DNA of 33,166 nucleotides from Microcystaceae cyanobacterium (lineage in GTDB: Bacteria > Cyanobacteriota > Cyanobacteriia > Cyanobacteriales > Microcystaceae), in assembly GCA_041746575.1 (NCBI GenBank), contig JBGTGT010000124.1, positions 1 through 33,166 of the forward strand. The letters are read 5' to 3'. A program made the translations under genes and the position numbers. Below the pieces are notes generated by a model. That model was not told where the DNA came from, ran no database searches, and worked only from the letters and a program-made list of their open reading frames with translations. Shown here one piece after another: positions 9,077 to 19,854 of this stretch; position 1 is the stretch's first letter, and every line of letters begins with the position of its first letter.

Positions 9077-9126
9077 ACCAGAGAGACAGTATCCGATACC
9101 TACCTAAAACCGAAAACCTGAAAAAC

Positions 9127-9852
9127 ATGGGACAAAAAATACATCCAATTGGCTTACGACTCGGCATTACCAAAGATCACAAATCGTGCTGGTATGCCGA
9201 TAAGCGGCAATATCCCGAGTTACTAAAAGAAGACCTGTTGATTCGGCAATATGTCGAGAAAAACCTCAGTAATGCAGGCATTGCTGATATCCGTATCGAG
9301 CGCAAAGCCGATCAAGTGGATCTTTCGATTCACACAGCACGTCCCGGTGTGGTTGTTGGTCGAGGCGGAAGCGGTATTGAACAACTTCGCGTAGGCTTAC
9401 AAGCGGCTCTAGGCGGACAACGGCAAATTCGCATTAACGTCGTTGAAGTTGCCAGAGTAGATGCTGATGCCACGCTCATAGCTGAATACATTACCCAACA
9501 ACTCGAAAGACGGGTTTCCTTCCGCCGCGTAGTGCGTCAAGCGATTCAACGGGCTGAAAGGGCCGAAGTTAAAGGCATTAAAATTCAAATCAGTGGCCGT
9601 CTGAATGGGGCAGAAATTGCTCGAACCGAGTGGACAAGAGAAGGCCGTGTTCCCTTACATACGTTACGGGCTGATATTGACTACTCTTACCGCACCGCTA
9701 AAACCATTTACGGGATTTTAGGCGTGAAAGTCTGGATTTTTAAAGGGGAAATTATTCCCGGTCAAGAAGAAACCGCCGTTGCGCCCCCCGCCCCTGCCCC
9801 TCGTCGTCAGCGTCGTCGTCAACAATTTGAAGACCGCTCTGATGAAGGGTAA
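9127..9852 (+). CDS. rpsC: 30S ribosomal protein S3
   Basis: [14 protein letters not shown] start (ATG 9127; the ORF-track extension is not real); [23 protein letters not shown]. Confidence 0.98.
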   Translation: MGQKIHPIGLRLGITKDHKSCWYADKRQYPELLKEDLLIRQYVEKNLSNAGIADIRIERKADQVDLSIHTARPGVVVGRGGSGIEQLRVGLQAALGGQRQIRINVVEVARVDADATLIAEYITQQLERRVSFRRVVRQAIQRAERAEVKGIKIQISGRLNGAEIARTEWTREGRVPLHTLRADIDYSYRTAKTIYGILGVKVWIFKGEIIPGQEETAVAPPAPAPRRQRRRQQFEDRSDEG

Positions 9853-9883
9853 GTCGTAGAAGATAAATAGGAAATAGTTATAA

Positions 9884-9932
9884 AACTATCAACTATTAGC
9901 TATCAACTATCAACTATTAGCTATCAACCATC
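9884..9932 (+). repeat. STRR-like heptamer array (7 units, 21-nt higher-order duplication) abutting the rplP ATG
   Basis: (AACTATC AACTATT AGCTATC)x2 AACCATC then ATG at 9933. Confidence 0.9.
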
Positions 9933-10352
9933 ATGTTAAGTCCTAAAAGAACGAAATTTCGTAAACAACAACGAGGACGAATGCGAGGACTCGCTCAAAA
10001 CGGGAATACCATTCATTTTGGCGATTACGGACTTCAAGCTATCGAACCTTGCTGGATTACTTCCCGTCAAATTGAAGCGGCTCGACGGGCAATGACTCGC
10101 TATATCCGACGGGGCGGCAAAATCTGGATTCGCATTTTCCCAGATAAACCGGTTACCATGCGTCCGGCCGAAACTCGGATGGGTTCAGGAAAAGGTTCAC
10201 CCGAATATTGGGTGGCCGTGGTTAAACCGGGTCGCGTCATGTTTGAACTCAATGGCGTAGCCGAACCCATCGCTAGAGAAGCTATGCGCCTAGCCGCCCA
10301 AAAACTGCCCATTAAAACAAAGTTTATTACCCGTCAAGATGACCTTGTCTAG
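9933..10352 (+). CDS. rplP: 50S ribosomal protein L16
   Basis: [28 protein letters not shown]. Confidence 0.98.
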   Translation: MLSPKRTKFRKQQRGRMRGLAQNGNTIHFGDYGLQAIEPCWITSRQIEAARRAMTRYIRRGGKIWIRIFPDKPVTMRPAETRMGSGKGSPEYWVAVVKPGRVMFELNGVAEPIAREAMRLAAQKLPIKTKFITRQDDLV

Positions 10353-10412
10353 ATCAAGGCGGAATACTCAGCGACACCCTAATTCCTGCTAAATCATTAA
10401 CCGTTAACGATT

Positions 10413-10637
10413 ATGACTTTTCCCAAAGCCACCGATGCCAGAGAACTCAGTGATGAGGAACTCAGTGCTGAAATTATCGCCACTAAGCGAAAATTGTTCG
10501 AATTGCGTTTACAGCAAGCCACTCGTCGCTTAGAGAAACCCCATGAATTTAAACATCAGCGTCACCGTTTAGCCCAATTATTGACCGTTGAACGGGAACG
10601 AGAAATTGTTCAATTCGCTTCGTCTTCTGAGGAATAA
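10413..10637 (+). CDS. rpmC: 50S ribosomal protein L29
   Basis: LFELRLQQATRRLEKPHEFK..RHRLAQLLTV; operon order. Confidence 0.96.
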   Translation: MTFPKATDARELSDEELSAEIIATKRKLFELRLQQATRRLEKPHEFKHQRHRLAQLLTVEREREIVQFASSSEE

Positions 10638-10643
10638 AAACCG

Positions 10644-10883
10644 ATGGCTATTAAAGAAAGAGTAGGAGTGGTGGTGAGTAACAAAATGGATAAAACCGTC
10701 GTTGTTGCTATTGAAAACCGCACTCGTCACCCCAAATATCAAAAAATCGTCGTTAAGACCAGAAAATATAAAGCCCACGACGAAGAAAACCAGTGTCAAG
10801 AAGGCGACCGAGTGAGAATTCAAGAAACCCGCCCCCTCAGTCGCACTAAACGCTGGAAAGTTGCTGAAATATTAGGACATTAA
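10644..10883 (+). CDS. rpsQ: 30S ribosomal protein S17
   Basis: [25 protein letters not shown]. Confidence 0.98.
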   Translation: MAIKERVGVVVSNKMDKTVVVAIENRTRHPKYQKIVVKTRKYKAHDEENQCQEGDRVRIQETRPLSRTKRWKVAEILGH

Positions 10884-10913
10884 ACGTTTTACCTTAATCC
10901 TTGAGTAACGACT

Positions 10914-11282
10914 GTGATTCAACAAGAAACCCTTCTCAATGTTGCAGATAATAGCGGAGCGCGAAAATTAATGTGCTTGCGCGTTATCGGTAAAGGCAAT
11001 TGCCGTTATGGCTTTATCGGTGATGTCATCGTCGCCGTTGTTAAAGATGCCTTACCCAATATGCCTATTAAAAAATCCGACGTGGTCAGAGCCGTAATTG
11101 TTCGTACCCGTCAACCTGTCCATCGTGACAGTGGCATGACCATTCGCTTCGACGATAATGCCGCCGTAATCATCAATAACGATGGTAATCCCAGAGGAAC
11201 GCGGGTTTTTGGACCTGTGGCGCGGGAATTACGGGATAAAAATTACACCAAAATCGTATCCCTTGCACCGGAGGTGATTTAA
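10914..11282 (+). CDS. rplN: 50S ribosomal protein L14
   Basis: [30 protein letters not shown] start. Confidence 0.98.
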   Translation: MIQQETLLNVADNSGARKLMCLRVIGKGNCRYGFIGDVIVAVVKDALPNMPIKKSDVVRAVIVRTRQPVHRDSGMTIRFDDNAAVIINNDGNPRGTRVFGPVARELRDKNYTKIVSLAPEVI

Positions 11283-11630
11283 ATGAGTCGTCAGACCAAA
11301 ACCCTCAGTCAATACAAAGTTCATGTCAAAAAAGGCGACACCGTTCAAGTGATTGCCGGTCGGGATAAAGGTAAAGTGGGCGAAGTCCTGAGAGTTATCC
11401 CGAAAGAAAGCAAAGTCATCGTTCAAGGGGTGAATGTGCGAACTAAGCATATTAAACCTCAACAAGAAGGTGAAAGCGGTCAGATTTCTACCTATGAAGC
11501 TCCGATTCACAGTTCTAATGTGATGCTTTACTCTACCAAAGAAAAAATCGCCAGTCGCATCGCTTATACTTATACCGAAGAAGGCAAAAAAGTGCGAATG
11601 CTTAAAAAAACAGGCGAAATTCTTGATTAA
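11283..11630 (+). CDS. rplX: 50S ribosomal protein L24
   Basis: [21 protein letters not shown] motif, [10 protein letters not shown]. Confidence 0.98.
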   Translation: MSRQTKTLSQYKVHVKKGDTVQVIAGRDKGKVGEVLRVIPKESKVIVQGVNVRTKHIKPQQEGESGQISTYEAPIHSSNVMLYSTKEKIASRIAYTYTEEGKKVRMLKKTGEILD

Positions 11631-11719
11631 ACTAGGCAAAAAAGAGTTAACTCAATTTCCCATGTTAATCCTTAAAATCAACCCTTATCATTCCTGACCA
11701 AGCCCAGGAGTTACCCCCT

Positions 11720-12262
11720 ATGTCTCAACGTCTCAAAACTCACTACCAAGAAAAGATTGTCCCCAAACTCAAAGAACAGTTTGGCTATACGAACCTTCAC
11801 GAAGTCCCAAAAGTGTTCAAAGTGACCGTTAACCGAGGCTTGGGTGAAGCCAGTCAAAACGCCAAAGCCTTGGAGTCCTCCATCGGTGAAATCGCCACCA
11901 TCACTGGACAAAAACCCGTCGTTACGCGCGCTAAAAAAGCGATCGCTGGTTTTAAAATTCGTCAAGGGATGCCCGTAGGCGTTATGGTGACCTTACGTTC
12001 AGAAAGAATGTACGCCTTTCTTGATCGTCTGATTAACCTTGCTTTACCTCGAATTCGAGATTTTCGAGGCATTAGCGGCAATAGCTTTGATGGTAGAGGC
12101 AATTATAGCCTTGGTATTCGGGAACAACTCATTTTTCCAGAAATTGACTACGACACTATTGATCAAATTCGTGGCTTTGATATTTCGATCATTACCACCG
12201 CTAAAAGCGATGAAGAAGGTCGTGCCTTGCTCAAAGAAATGGGAATGCCCTTTAGAGAGTAA
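11720..12262 (+). CDS. rplE: 50S ribosomal protein L5
   Basis: [37 protein letters not shown]. Confidence 0.98.
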   Translation: MSQRLKTHYQEKIVPKLKEQFGYTNLHEVPKVFKVTVNRGLGEASQNAKALESSIGEIATITGQKPVVTRAKKAIAGFKIRQGMPVGVMVTLRSERMYAFLDRLINLALPRIRDFRGISGNSFDGRGNYSLGIREQLIFPEIDYDTIDQIRGFDISIITTAKSDEEGRALLKEMGMPFRE

Positions 12263-12341
12263 ATAGTCGTGAATCGTCAATAATTCAGCGTTATTCTTCA
12301 GATTAACTCACAACTATCCACTGTTAAAGATTAACTTCAAT

Positions 12342-12737
12342 ATGACCGACACCATTTCCGATATGCTCACCCGCATCCGCAATGCGTGTTTAGTGAGACA
12401 TCCCACCACCGTCGTCCCCACGACCAAAATGACCCTTAATATTGCTCAAGTGCTGAAAAACGAAGGATTTATTGAAGACTTTGAAGAAGCAGGGGAAGGC
12501 ATTCAAAAGCACTTGGTCATTTCCCTAAAATATAAAGGGAAAAGTCGTCTGCCCATTATCAATACCCTAGAACGGGTTAGTAAACCGGGTTTGCGGGTCT
12601 ATTCCAACTGTAAAAACTTACCCAAGGTTTTAGGGGGGATTGGGGTTGCTATTATCTCCACCTCTAAAGGCATCATGACCGATAAAGAAGCCCGTCGCCA
12701 AAAAGTCGGCGGAGAAGTGCTTTGTTATGTCTGGTAA
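12342..12737 (+). CDS. rpsH: 30S ribosomal protein S8
   Basis: [30 protein letters not shown]. Confidence 0.98.
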   Translation: MTDTISDMLTRIRNACLVRHPTTVVPTTKMTLNIAQVLKNEGFIEDFEEAGEGIQKHLVISLKYKGKSRLPIINTLERVSKPGLRVYSNCKNLPKVLGGIGVAIISTSKGIMTDKEARRQKVGGEVLCYVW

Positions 12738-12798
12738 GTAAGTGTTCAGTCACTGATACCGATTATCTTAAGCTCACATCCAAAACCTAAACTCTGCT

Positions 12799-13338
12799 AT
12801 GTCTCGTATTGGCAAACGACCGATTTCTATTCCCAGTAAAGTTACTGTCACCCTCGACGGGGCAAAAATTGCTGTTAAAGGGCCAAAAGGCTCTCTTGAG
12901 CGGATTTTGCCCAGTAAAGTAGCAGTGACCCAAGAAGGAGACGTTCTCGCTGTAGCGCGTCAGGATGATTCCCGTGTTGCCCGTGAACGCCACGGATTGT
13001 GTCGCACTCTGGTGGCGAACATGATTGATGGTGTGTCCGACGGTTTCAGCAAACGGCTCGAAATCATCGGTGTTGGCTATCGGGCACAGGCCCAAGGCAA
13101 CAAACTCACCCTCAACGTGGGTTACTCTAAACCCGTTGAAATGATTATGCCCGATGGCATCCAAGTGGCTGTTGAAAATAACACCCAAGTGATGGTCAGT
13201 GGTATTGACAAAGAATTGGTAGGCAACACTGCCGCCCGTATTCGAGCGGTACGTCCTCCCGAAGTTTATAAAGGTAAAGGTATTCGTTATCAAGGCGAAT
13301 ATGTCAGACGTAAAGCTGGTAAAACAGGGAAGAAATAA
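12799..13338 (+). CDS. rplF: 50S ribosomal protein L6
   Basis: [22 protein letters not shown]. Confidence 0.98.
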   Translation: MSRIGKRPISIPSKVTVTLDGAKIAVKGPKGSLERILPSKVAVTQEGDVLAVARQDDSRVARERHGLCRTLVANMIDGVSDGFSKRLEIIGVGYRAQAQGNKLTLNVGYSKPVEMIMPDGIQVAVENNTQVMVSGIDKELVGNTAARIRAVRPPEVYKGKGIRYQGEYVRRKAGKTGKK

Positions 13339-13341
13339 CCC

Positions 13342-13704
13342 ATGAAACTGACTCGTAAGCAACTCACCCAACGTCGTCATCAGCGCATTCGGCGCAAAAT
13401 TCAAGGAACGTCTGAACGACCTCGTTTAGCTATTTTTCGTTCCCTCAATCATATCTATGCCCAAGTCATTGATGATGTGGCGCAACATACCCTAGCTTCG
13501 GCTTCAACTCTTGACCCAGAAGTAAAGGGAGCAATTGCTAATGGGGCAAACCGTGAAGCATCAGCCGTTGTCGGCCAAATCGTCGCACAACGGGCAAAAG
13601 ACCAAGGAATTAGCCAAGTCGTCTTCGACCGAGGGGGCAAACTCTACCACGGACGAGTGCAGGCCTTAGCCGATGCCGCCCGTGAAGCAGGTTTAGAATT
13701 TTAG
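13342..13704 (+). CDS. rplR: 50S ribosomal protein L18
   Basis: [31 protein letters not shown]. Confidence 0.98.
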   Translation: MKLTRKQLTQRRHQRIRRKIQGTSERPRLAIFRSLNHIYAQVIDDVAQHTLASASTLDPEVKGAIANGANREASAVVGQIVAQRAKDQGISQVVFDRGGKLYHGRVQALADAAREAGLEF

Positions 13705-13804
13705 AAGTAGGGTCACTGATGCAGTTATAGGTTTTTTACCTGTATCTGAATCCCGTTTCCCTCTTTTCAAGCAAAAATAGTCACGATTTTAATGATTAAT
13801 TACT

Positions 13805-14329
13805 ATGGCAAAGCGTCGTAAAGGTAGCCGAGCGAAGGCAAAAGAAACGAACTGGCAAGAAAGAGTGATTCAAATCCGTCGCGTCAGTAAAGTGGTCAAA
13901 GGGGGCAAAAAGCTGAGTTTTCGCGCCATCGTCGTGGTGGGCAATGAAAACGGACAAGTGGGGGTTGGCGTCGGTAAAGCCGGTGATGTCATCGGGGCAG
14001 TGCGTAAAGGCGTAGCCGACGGCAAAAAACAACTAATTGAAATTAATCTTACCAAAGCCAATTCGATTACCCACCTCTCTAACGGTGTTTCAGGGGGGGC
14101 AAAAGTGATTGTCCGTCCGGCGGCACCCGGTACTGGGGTAATTGCTGGGGGAGCAGTCCGAACTGTATTGGAACTGGCAGGGGTTAAAAACGTGTTAGCC
14201 AAGCAACTTGGCTCAAATAATCCCTTAAATAATGCCAGAGCCGTTATTAATGCTTTAGAGAATGTCCGCACCTTCGCCGAGGTGGCTGAAGAAAGAGGCA
14301 TTACCCTTGAACAACTCTATGGTTCTTGA
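13805..14329 (+). CDS. rpsE: 30S ribosomal protein S5
   Basis: [28 protein letters not shown]. Confidence 0.98.
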   Translation: MAKRRKGSRAKAKETNWQERVIQIRRVSKVVKGGKKLSFRAIVVVGNENGQVGVGVGKAGDVIGAVRKGVADGKKQLIEINLTKANSITHLSNGVSGGAKVIVRPAAPGTGVIAGGAVRTVLELAGVKNVLAKQLGSNNPLNNARAVINALENVRTFAEVAEERGITLEQLYGS

Positions 14330-14400
14330 GTTACGTTAAGGGATTAAATCAAGTAAAATGCACGAAAATATCAACCAATGACGATTCATCCCTAAAAAAC

Positions 14401-14862
14401 ATGAAATTACATCAACTTTCCCCAAATCCTAACTCGAATCACCGTCGTCGTCGAGTCGGTCGCGGTATCGCGGCAGGACAAGGCGCGAGCTGTGGTTTTG
14501 GCATGCGTGGACAAAAATCCCGCTCTGGAACTGGCACAAAAGCGGGTTTTGAAGGGGGACAAATGCCCCTATACCGTCGTTTGCCCAAACTGAAGCATTT
14601 TCCTTTGGTTAACCAAAAGTGTTACACCATCATTAACGTCAGTCAATTAAATTCTCTCGCTCCCAATAGCGAAGTTAACCTTGAACATTTAATGGATGCT
14701 GGTATTGTCACCACCAATGATGGCCCCTTAAAAATTTTGGGAGATGGCGAATTAACGGTGGCCTTAACGGTCAAGGCGGCGGCTTTATCGGCCTCTGCCA
14801 AGGAAAAGATTACGCAAGCAGGGGGTCAGTGGGAAGATTTCTCAACCCCCAGTGAACCGTAA
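14401..14862 (+). CDS. rplO: 50S ribosomal protein L15
   Basis: MKLHQL start at 14401; [26 protein letters not shown]. Confidence 0.97.
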   Translation: MKLHQLSPNPNSNHRRRRVGRGIAAGQGASCGFGMRGQKSRSGTGTKAGFEGGQMPLYRRLPKLKHFPLVNQKCYTIINVSQLNSLAPNSEVNLEHLMDAGIVTTNDGPLKILGDGELTVALTVKAAALSASAKEKITQAGGQWEDFSTPSEP

Positions 14863-14896
14863 GCCGTTACTATAGTGAATAGTTATCTTACTTAAA

Positions 14897-14959
14897 AATG
14901 ATTAACTAACCGCTATTAACTATCAACGATTAACTAACCGCTATTAACTATCAACTACT
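14897..14959 (+). repeat. STRR-like heptamer array (9 units, perfect 28-nt tandem duplication) abutting the secY ATG
   Basis: GATTAACTAACCGCTATTAACTATCAAC twice (14900-14955); the array ends AACTATC AACTACT ATG. Confidence 0.9.
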
Positions 14960-16276
14960 ATGGTTGTCAGTCGCGATAAAACTCCCACCGCTCAAGAAAC
15001 ATTCCTCCAAATGGCACAAGCGGCTGGATTGCGGGGCAGGGTTTTAATTACCATTGCTCTGTTAATTCTTATTCGTTTGGGAATTTTTATTCCTATTCCG
15101 GGGATTGACCGCGTTCGCTTCGCCAATGATATTAAAAATCTACCTGTTTTTGGATTTTTAGATATTTTTACAGGCGGGGGTCTATCTACACTCGGTGTTT
15201 TTGCCCTCGGTATTCTTCCTTTCATTAATGCTTCTATTATTATGCAGTTGCTCACGGCTGCCATTCCCCAATTAGAAGATTTACAGAAAAATGAAGGGGA
15301 AGCCGGACGGCGTAAAATTTCTCAATATACTCGTTATGTGGCGTTGGGATGGGCAATTTTACAAAGTTCTATTTTAACCGCTGGATTTTTGAAGCCTTAC
15401 GCCTTGAATCCCGGCTCTTTATTCATCATTGAAACCGTGCTAGCGATTACGGCCGGTTCGATGTTCGTGATGTGGGTGTCCGAACTGATCACAGAGCGAG
15501 GCATCGGTAATGGTGCGTCTTTGTTGATTTTTGTCAATATTGTGGCTACCTTACCTCGTACTTTAGGTAATACGATTGACTACGCTCAAACTGGAGGGCG
15601 TCAAGCCATTGCTCAGGTCGTCATCCTATTACTGGTTTTCTTGGTGATGATTGTTGGTATCGTCTTTGTTCAAGAAGGCACCCGACGCATTCCCATCATT
15701 TCTGCCCGTCGTCAGGTGGGCAAGCGGCTTTATCGAGAGCGCACCAGCTATCTACCCCTTAGACTCAATCAAGGGGGAGTAATGCCTATTATTTTTGCCT
15801 CTGCGGTCGTTATTTTACCTGCTTCCTTGGCCGGATTTCTAGCGAATAAGGGAAAACTAGGGGAAGTAGCTCAAAGTATCGCTTTAGCCCTTCAACCGGG
15901 GAGTTGGGCATATATTGGGGTCTACTGCCTACTCATCATCTTTTTCAGTTACTTCTATGCGTCTCTGATTGTTAACCCAGAAGATGTCTCAAAAAATCTC
16001 AAAAAAATGGGCGCCAGCATTCCGGGCATTCGTCCTGGTGAGAAAACCAAGCAATATCTCGAAGGAGTACTCAATCGTTTAACCCTCCTCGGTGCAGTTT
16101 TCTTAAGTGTAGTGGCAACAGTTCCCACTTTAGTGGAAGGCGCGACGGGAGTCACTACGTTTCGCGGACTCGGAGCCACATCCTTACTCATTTTAGTCGG
16201 GGTTGCGATTGACACCGCTAAACAAATTCAAACCTACGTCATCTCTCAGCGTTATGAGGGCATGATTAAGCAGTAA
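14960..16276 (+). CDS. secY: Preprotein translocase subunit SecY
   Basis: ALGILPFINASIIMQLL, GIGNGASLLIF, IPGIRPG, GATSLLILVGVA; polytopic membrane protein. Confidence 0.98.
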   Translation: MVVSRDKTPTAQETFLQMAQAAGLRGRVLITIALLILIRLGIFIPIPGIDRVRFANDIKNLPVFGFLDIFTGGGLSTLGVFALGILPFINASIIMQLLTAAIPQLEDLQKNEGEAGRRKISQYTRYVALGWAILQSSILTAGFLKPYALNPGSLFIIETVLAITAGSMFVMWVSELITERGIGNGASLLIFVNIVATLPRTLGNTIDYAQTGGRQAIAQVVILLLVFLVMIVGIVFVQEGTRRIPIISARRQVGKRLYRERTSYLPLRLNQGGVMPIIFASAVVILPASLAGFLANKGKLGEVAQSIALALQPGSWAYIGVYCLLIIFFSYFYASLIVNPEDVSKNLKKMGASIPGIRPGEKTKQYLEGVLNRLTLLGAVFLSVVATVPTLVEGATGVTTFRGLGATSLLILVGVAIDTAKQIQTYVISQRYEGMIKQ

Positions 16277-16307
16277 TTAGTCGTTAACTATCAATGATTG
16301 ACCTAGA

Positions 16308-16874
16308 ATGGCAAAAGCAACTGGCTACATTTTTTTAGGACCTCCGGGGGCAGGAAAAGGAACACAAGCACAATTATTGGCAGAAAAACTTGACATTCCC
16401 CATATTTCAACAGGGGAAATGCTCAGAGACGCCATCGCTCAGCAAACCCCTCTAGGGCAAAAAGCGCAGGTTTATATGGACAAAGGGGAACTTGTTCCCG
16501 ATGAATTACTATTAGGGCTGATTGAAGAGCGTCTTAACCAAAAAGATGCTCAAAATGGCTGGATTTTGGATGGATTTCCCCGCAATGTTCATCAAGCTCA
16601 GTTTTTAGATCAATGGTTAAATAGCATTCAACAATTCTCTAAAGCTGTCATTAACCTTGCTGTTCCCCATGACGTTTTAATCAAGCGTTTATTAGCGCGA
16701 GGACGAAAGGACGATTCAGAATTAACCATTCGCCGTCGTTTGGAGGTTTATGACGAGCAAACGACTCCTGTCATTGACTATTATGCCCAAAAAGGCTTAC
16801 TTCACTCCGTCAACGGCGATCAAACTTTAGATAAAGTCACCACTTCCCTCCTTGCTATGATTCAAGTCCCTTAG
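16308..16874 (+). CDS. adk: Adenylate kinase (short LID type)
   Basis: GPPGAGKGTQA, HISTGEMLR, LDGFPR, RGRKDD. Confidence 0.97.
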   Translation: MAKATGYIFLGPPGAGKGTQAQLLAEKLDIPHISTGEMLRDAIAQQTPLGQKAQVYMDKGELVPDELLLGLIEERLNQKDAQNGWILDGFPRNVHQAQFLDQWLNSIQQFSKAVINLAVPHDVLIKRLLARGRKDDSELTIRRRLEVYDEQTTPVIDYYAQKGLLHSVNGDQTLDKVTTSLLAMIQVP

Positions 16875-16892
16875 TTGAATGTTCTCAAGGTT

Positions 16893-16933
16893 TGCTAAAA
16901 TAGGGGGGAGTCGGACGAATTTTGCGTCTGGCT
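16893..16933 (+). promoter_or_regulatory. Putative internal promoter (TGcTAAAAT) and 5' hairpin before infA
   Basis: Extended -10 at 16893-16901; AGTCGGACG/CGTCTGGCT stem with G-U pairs at 16909-16933, followed by a short T-run. Confidence 0.4.
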
Positions 16934-16977
16934 TTTGCCATGCCTAATCAAAAAAAAATCATTTGAGGACATTGATT

Positions 16978-17205
16978 TTGTCAAAACAAGACTTAATTGA
17001 GATGGAAGGAACGGTCACGGAATCGCTTCCGAATGCGATGTTTCGCGTGGATTTAGACAACGGATTTAATGTATTAGCTCACATTTCTGGAAAAATCCGC
17101 CGAAATTACATCAAAATTCTACCCGGAGATCGAGTCAAAGTCGAACTGACCCCCTATGATCTTACCAAAGGAAGAATCACCTATCGCTTAAAAACGAAAA
17201 AATAA
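16978..17205 (+). CDS. infA: Translation initiation factor IF-1
   Basis: TTG start giving [13 protein letters not shown] after [28 protein letters not shown]. Confidence 0.97.
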   Translation: MSKQDLIEMEGTVTESLPNAMFRVDLDNGFNVLAHISGKIRRNYIKILPGDRVKVELTPYDLTKGRITYRLKTKK

Positions 17206-17269
17206 TGGGTTAAAGATTTTATATTTAGTCTGTTTTGATCAGAAATAAAGATCACTTCAATAAATAATA

Positions 17270-17298
17270 ATGACAAAGCCCCCAAATATTGATATAAT
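17270..17298 (+). promoter_or_regulatory. Internal sigma70 promoter for rpmJ-rpsM-rpsK-rpoA and downstream genes
   Basis: ATGACA (17270-17275), 17-nt spacer, TATAAT (17293-17298) with TG extension at 17290-17291. Confidence 0.6.
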
Positions 17299-17325
17299 GA
17301 AAAGCTTGCAGAGTTAGCCTAAGCC

Positions 17326-17439
17326 ATGAAAGTTAGAGCCTCCGTCAAAAAAATTTGTGAAAAATGCCGAGTCATTCGACGACGTGGCAGAGTTATGGTG
17401 ATTTGTTCTAATCCTAAACACAAACAACGTCAGGGATAA
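17326..17439 (+). CDS. rpmJ: 50S ribosomal protein L36 (zinc-ribbon type)
   Basis: Manual translation [37 protein letters not shown]; below the ORF-track cutoff. Confidence 0.98.
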   Translation: MKVRASVKKICEKCRVIRRRGRVMVICSNPKHKQRQG

Positions 17440-17529
17440 GTCCAAATTATCATAGCTTAAATTAAATTAACTTCGATTCGATTAATTTCATTGTTAAAAC
17501 AAACATAGTACATCAAAGGGAGAAACAAC

Positions 17530-17913
17530 GTGGCACGGATAGCTGGGATTGACCTGCCCCGAGACAAACGGGTGGAGATTGCGCTGACCTATCTTTACGG
17601 GATTGGTCTAACCCGTTCTCAAGAAATCCTCGAAGCAACGGGGGTTAACCCTGACATCAGAGTCAAAGACTTAACAGATGAAGAAACTGCTAAACTTCGG
17701 ACTTATATCGAAGAAAACTATCAAATCGAAGGGGATTTGAGACGTTGGGAAGCGATGAATATCAAGCGACTGGGCGACATCGGCACTTATCGAGGTCGTC
17801 GTCATCGTCAAGGGTTACCCGTTCGAGGGCAACGAACCCGTACCAATGCCCGCACCCGACGAGGGAGAAGGGTTACGGTGGCAGGCAAGAAAAAAGCCCC
17901 CGGTAAGAAATAA
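17530..17913 (+). CDS. rpsM: 30S ribosomal protein S13
   Basis: [29 protein letters not shown] start. Confidence 0.98.
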   Translation: MARIAGIDLPRDKRVEIALTYLYGIGLTRSQEILEATGVNPDIRVKDLTDEETAKLRTYIEENYQIEGDLRRWEAMNIKRLGDIGTYRGRRHRQGLPVRGQRTRTNARTRRGRRVTVAGKKKAPGKK

Positions 17914-17966
17914 TCTGGGAACTTTCCCCTTCGTCTTCACTTTCATACTGATTTCAGCATAAAACT

Positions 17967-18359
17967 ATGGCGCGACCTACGAAAAAAAGCGGACAAAAAA
18001 AACAGAAAAAGAATATTCCGAGTGGTGTAGCCCACATTCAATCGACTTTTAACAATACTATTGTGACCATCGCTGATGGTAGAGGAGACGTCGTATCTTG
18101 GGCTTCGGCCGGCTCTAGCGGTTTTAAAGGGGCTAAAAAAGGAACCCCCTTTGCGGCACAAACGGCCGCAGATGCGGCGGCGCGGCGGGCCATGGAGCAA
18201 GGAATGCGTCAAATTGAAGTGATGGTTAGTGGTCCAGGTGCCGGTCGGGAAACAGCCATTCGAGCTTTACAAGGCGCGGGCTTAGAAATTACCCTCATTC
18301 GAGATGTAACCCCAATTCCTCACAATGGTTGTCGTCCTCCCAAACGACGTCGCGTATAA
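17967..18359 (+). CDS. rpsK: 30S ribosomal protein S11
   Basis: [29 protein letters not shown]. Confidence 0.98.
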   Translation: MARPTKKSGQKKQKKNIPSGVAHIQSTFNNTIVTIADGRGDVVSWASAGSSGFKGAKKGTPFAAQTAADAAARRAMEQGMRQIEVMVSGPGAGRETAIRALQGAGLEITLIRDVTPIPHNGCRPPKRRRV

Positions 18360-18482
18360 TTCAGACATCCATCTTCAATGTATCAAGCGGTGAGGATTAG
18401 GAAAACCCTTAACTGGGCTGAATAAACGCAAAAAATGGGTAACTGAGTAACTGAATTAAGGGAAGAAGGGAGGTTCACGGCA

Positions 18483-19427
18483 GTGGCGCAGTTTCAAATT
18501 GAGTGCGTTGAAGCGAAAACGCAAAAAAATCGTGTGGAATATAGCAAGTTTGTCATTGATCCCCTAGATCGGGGTCAAGGCATTACGATTGGCAATGCCC
18601 TCAGACGGGTTTTGTTATCGAACTTAGAAGGTGCCGCCGTTACCGCCGTTCGGCTAGCGGGGGTTAACCACGAATTCGCGACCATTGAAGGGGTAAGGGA
18701 GGATGTCCTTGAAATTATGCTGAACCTCAAGGAGATCGTCCTCAAAAGTTATAACGACGCGCCTCAGATTGGTCGTTTGGTGGCTACTGGCCCAGCCACG
18801 GTGACAGCCGCCCAATTCGATTTACCATCAGAGGTAGAAGTGGTCGACCCAAACCAGTACATTGCGACGCTAGCCGAAGGGTCAAAACTGGAGATGGAAT
18901 TTCGCATTGAAAAAGGGCAAGGCTATCGGGCGATTGATCGCAGTAATGAAGAGGGATTGTCGTTAGACTTTCTGCAAATTGATGCGGTTTTCATGCCAGT
19001 CACCAAGGTCAATTACAGCGTTGAGGACATCCAAGTGGATGGCTCTCAGGCTAAAGATCGCTTGGTTTTAGAAATTTGGACAAATGGCAGTCTAAATCCG
19101 AAAGAAGCCTTATCAGAAGCCGCTAATATTATTGTGGATTCCTTTAGTCCCCTTAGGGATCTCAATGAACTCGAAGCGGCGAAAAACGATTATCAAGACG
19201 AAGTTAACCCTGAAAGTCAAATTCCGATCGAGGAATTACAGCTATCGGTACGGGCTTATAATTGCCTAAAACGAGCGCAAATTAACACCGTTGCTGATTT
19301 ATTGGACTATAGTCAAGAAGATCTTTTAGAGATCAAGAACTTTGGCCAAAAATCGGCTGAGGAAGTCATCGAAGCTCTGCAAAAACGTCTCGGCATTACT
19401 CTTCCCCTAGAAAAAGCTAAACCGTAA
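18483..19427 (+). CDS. rpoA: DNA-directed RNA polymerase subunit alpha
   Basis: GNALRRVLLS, HEFATIEGVREDV, LSVRAYNCLKR, KNFGQKS. Confidence 0.98.
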   Translation: MAQFQIECVEAKTQKNRVEYSKFVIDPLDRGQGITIGNALRRVLLSNLEGAAVTAVRLAGVNHEFATIEGVREDVLEIMLNLKEIVLKSYNDAPQIGRLVATGPATVTAAQFDLPSEVEVVDPNQYIATLAEGSKLEMEFRIEKGQGYRAIDRSNEEGLSLDFLQIDAVFMPVTKVNYSVEDIQVDGSQAKDRLVLEIWTNGSLNPKEALSEAANIIVDSFSPLRDLNELEAAKNDYQDEVNPESQIPIEELQLSVRAYNCLKRAQINTVADLLDYSQEDLLEIKNFGQKSAEEVIEALQKRLGITLPLEKAKP

Positions 19428-19463
19428 CAGGCCATCATTAAGAGTGAATAGGGATTAACTCGA

Positions 19464-19491
19464 AACTATCAACTATCAACTATCAACTATC
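19464..19491 (+). repeat. Perfect (AACTATC)x4 array abutting the rplQ ATG
   Basis: Four exact AACTATC units directly followed by ATG at 19492. Confidence 0.92.
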
Positions 19492-19842
19492 ATGCGTCAT
19501 AGATGTAAAGTCCCCAAACTCGGAAAACCCGCCGATCAGCGCAAAGCTTTATTGCGATCGCTGACCACGGAATTGATCCGTCATGGACAAATTAAAACCA
19601 CTTTAACCCGTGCTAAAGCCGTTAGGTCTGAAGCCGATAAAATGATCAGCCTCGCCAAAGACGGCTCTTTAGCAGCTAGACGGCAAGCTATGGGCTATAT
19701 TTACGATAAACAACTCGTTCACGCCCTTTTTGAGCAGGTCCCCCAACGTTATAGCCAACGAAGCGGTGGTTATACCCGGGTCGTGCGAACCTTAAAGCGT
19801 CGCGGCGACAATGCCGACATGGCTATTATTGAATTGGTGTAG
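19492..19842 (+). CDS. rplQ: 50S ribosomal protein L17
   Basis: [33 protein letters not shown]. Confidence 0.98.
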   Translation: MRHRCKVPKLGKPADQRKALLRSLTTELIRHGQIKTTLTRAKAVRSEADKMISLAKDGSLAARRQAMGYIYDKQLVHALFEQVPQRYSQRSGGYTRVVRTLKRRGDNADMAIIELV

Positions 19843-19854
19843 CCATTAAAGCAA

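Noticed and set aside
18439..18454. GTAACTGA x2 before rpoA
   Set aside because: Only two 8-nt units, not in the heptamer family, and rpoA has a strong SD; probably a local duplication.
9884..19491. Tandem repeats as a CRISPR array
   Set aside because: Units are 7, 21 or 28 nt, head to tail with no unique spacers, and there are no cas genes.
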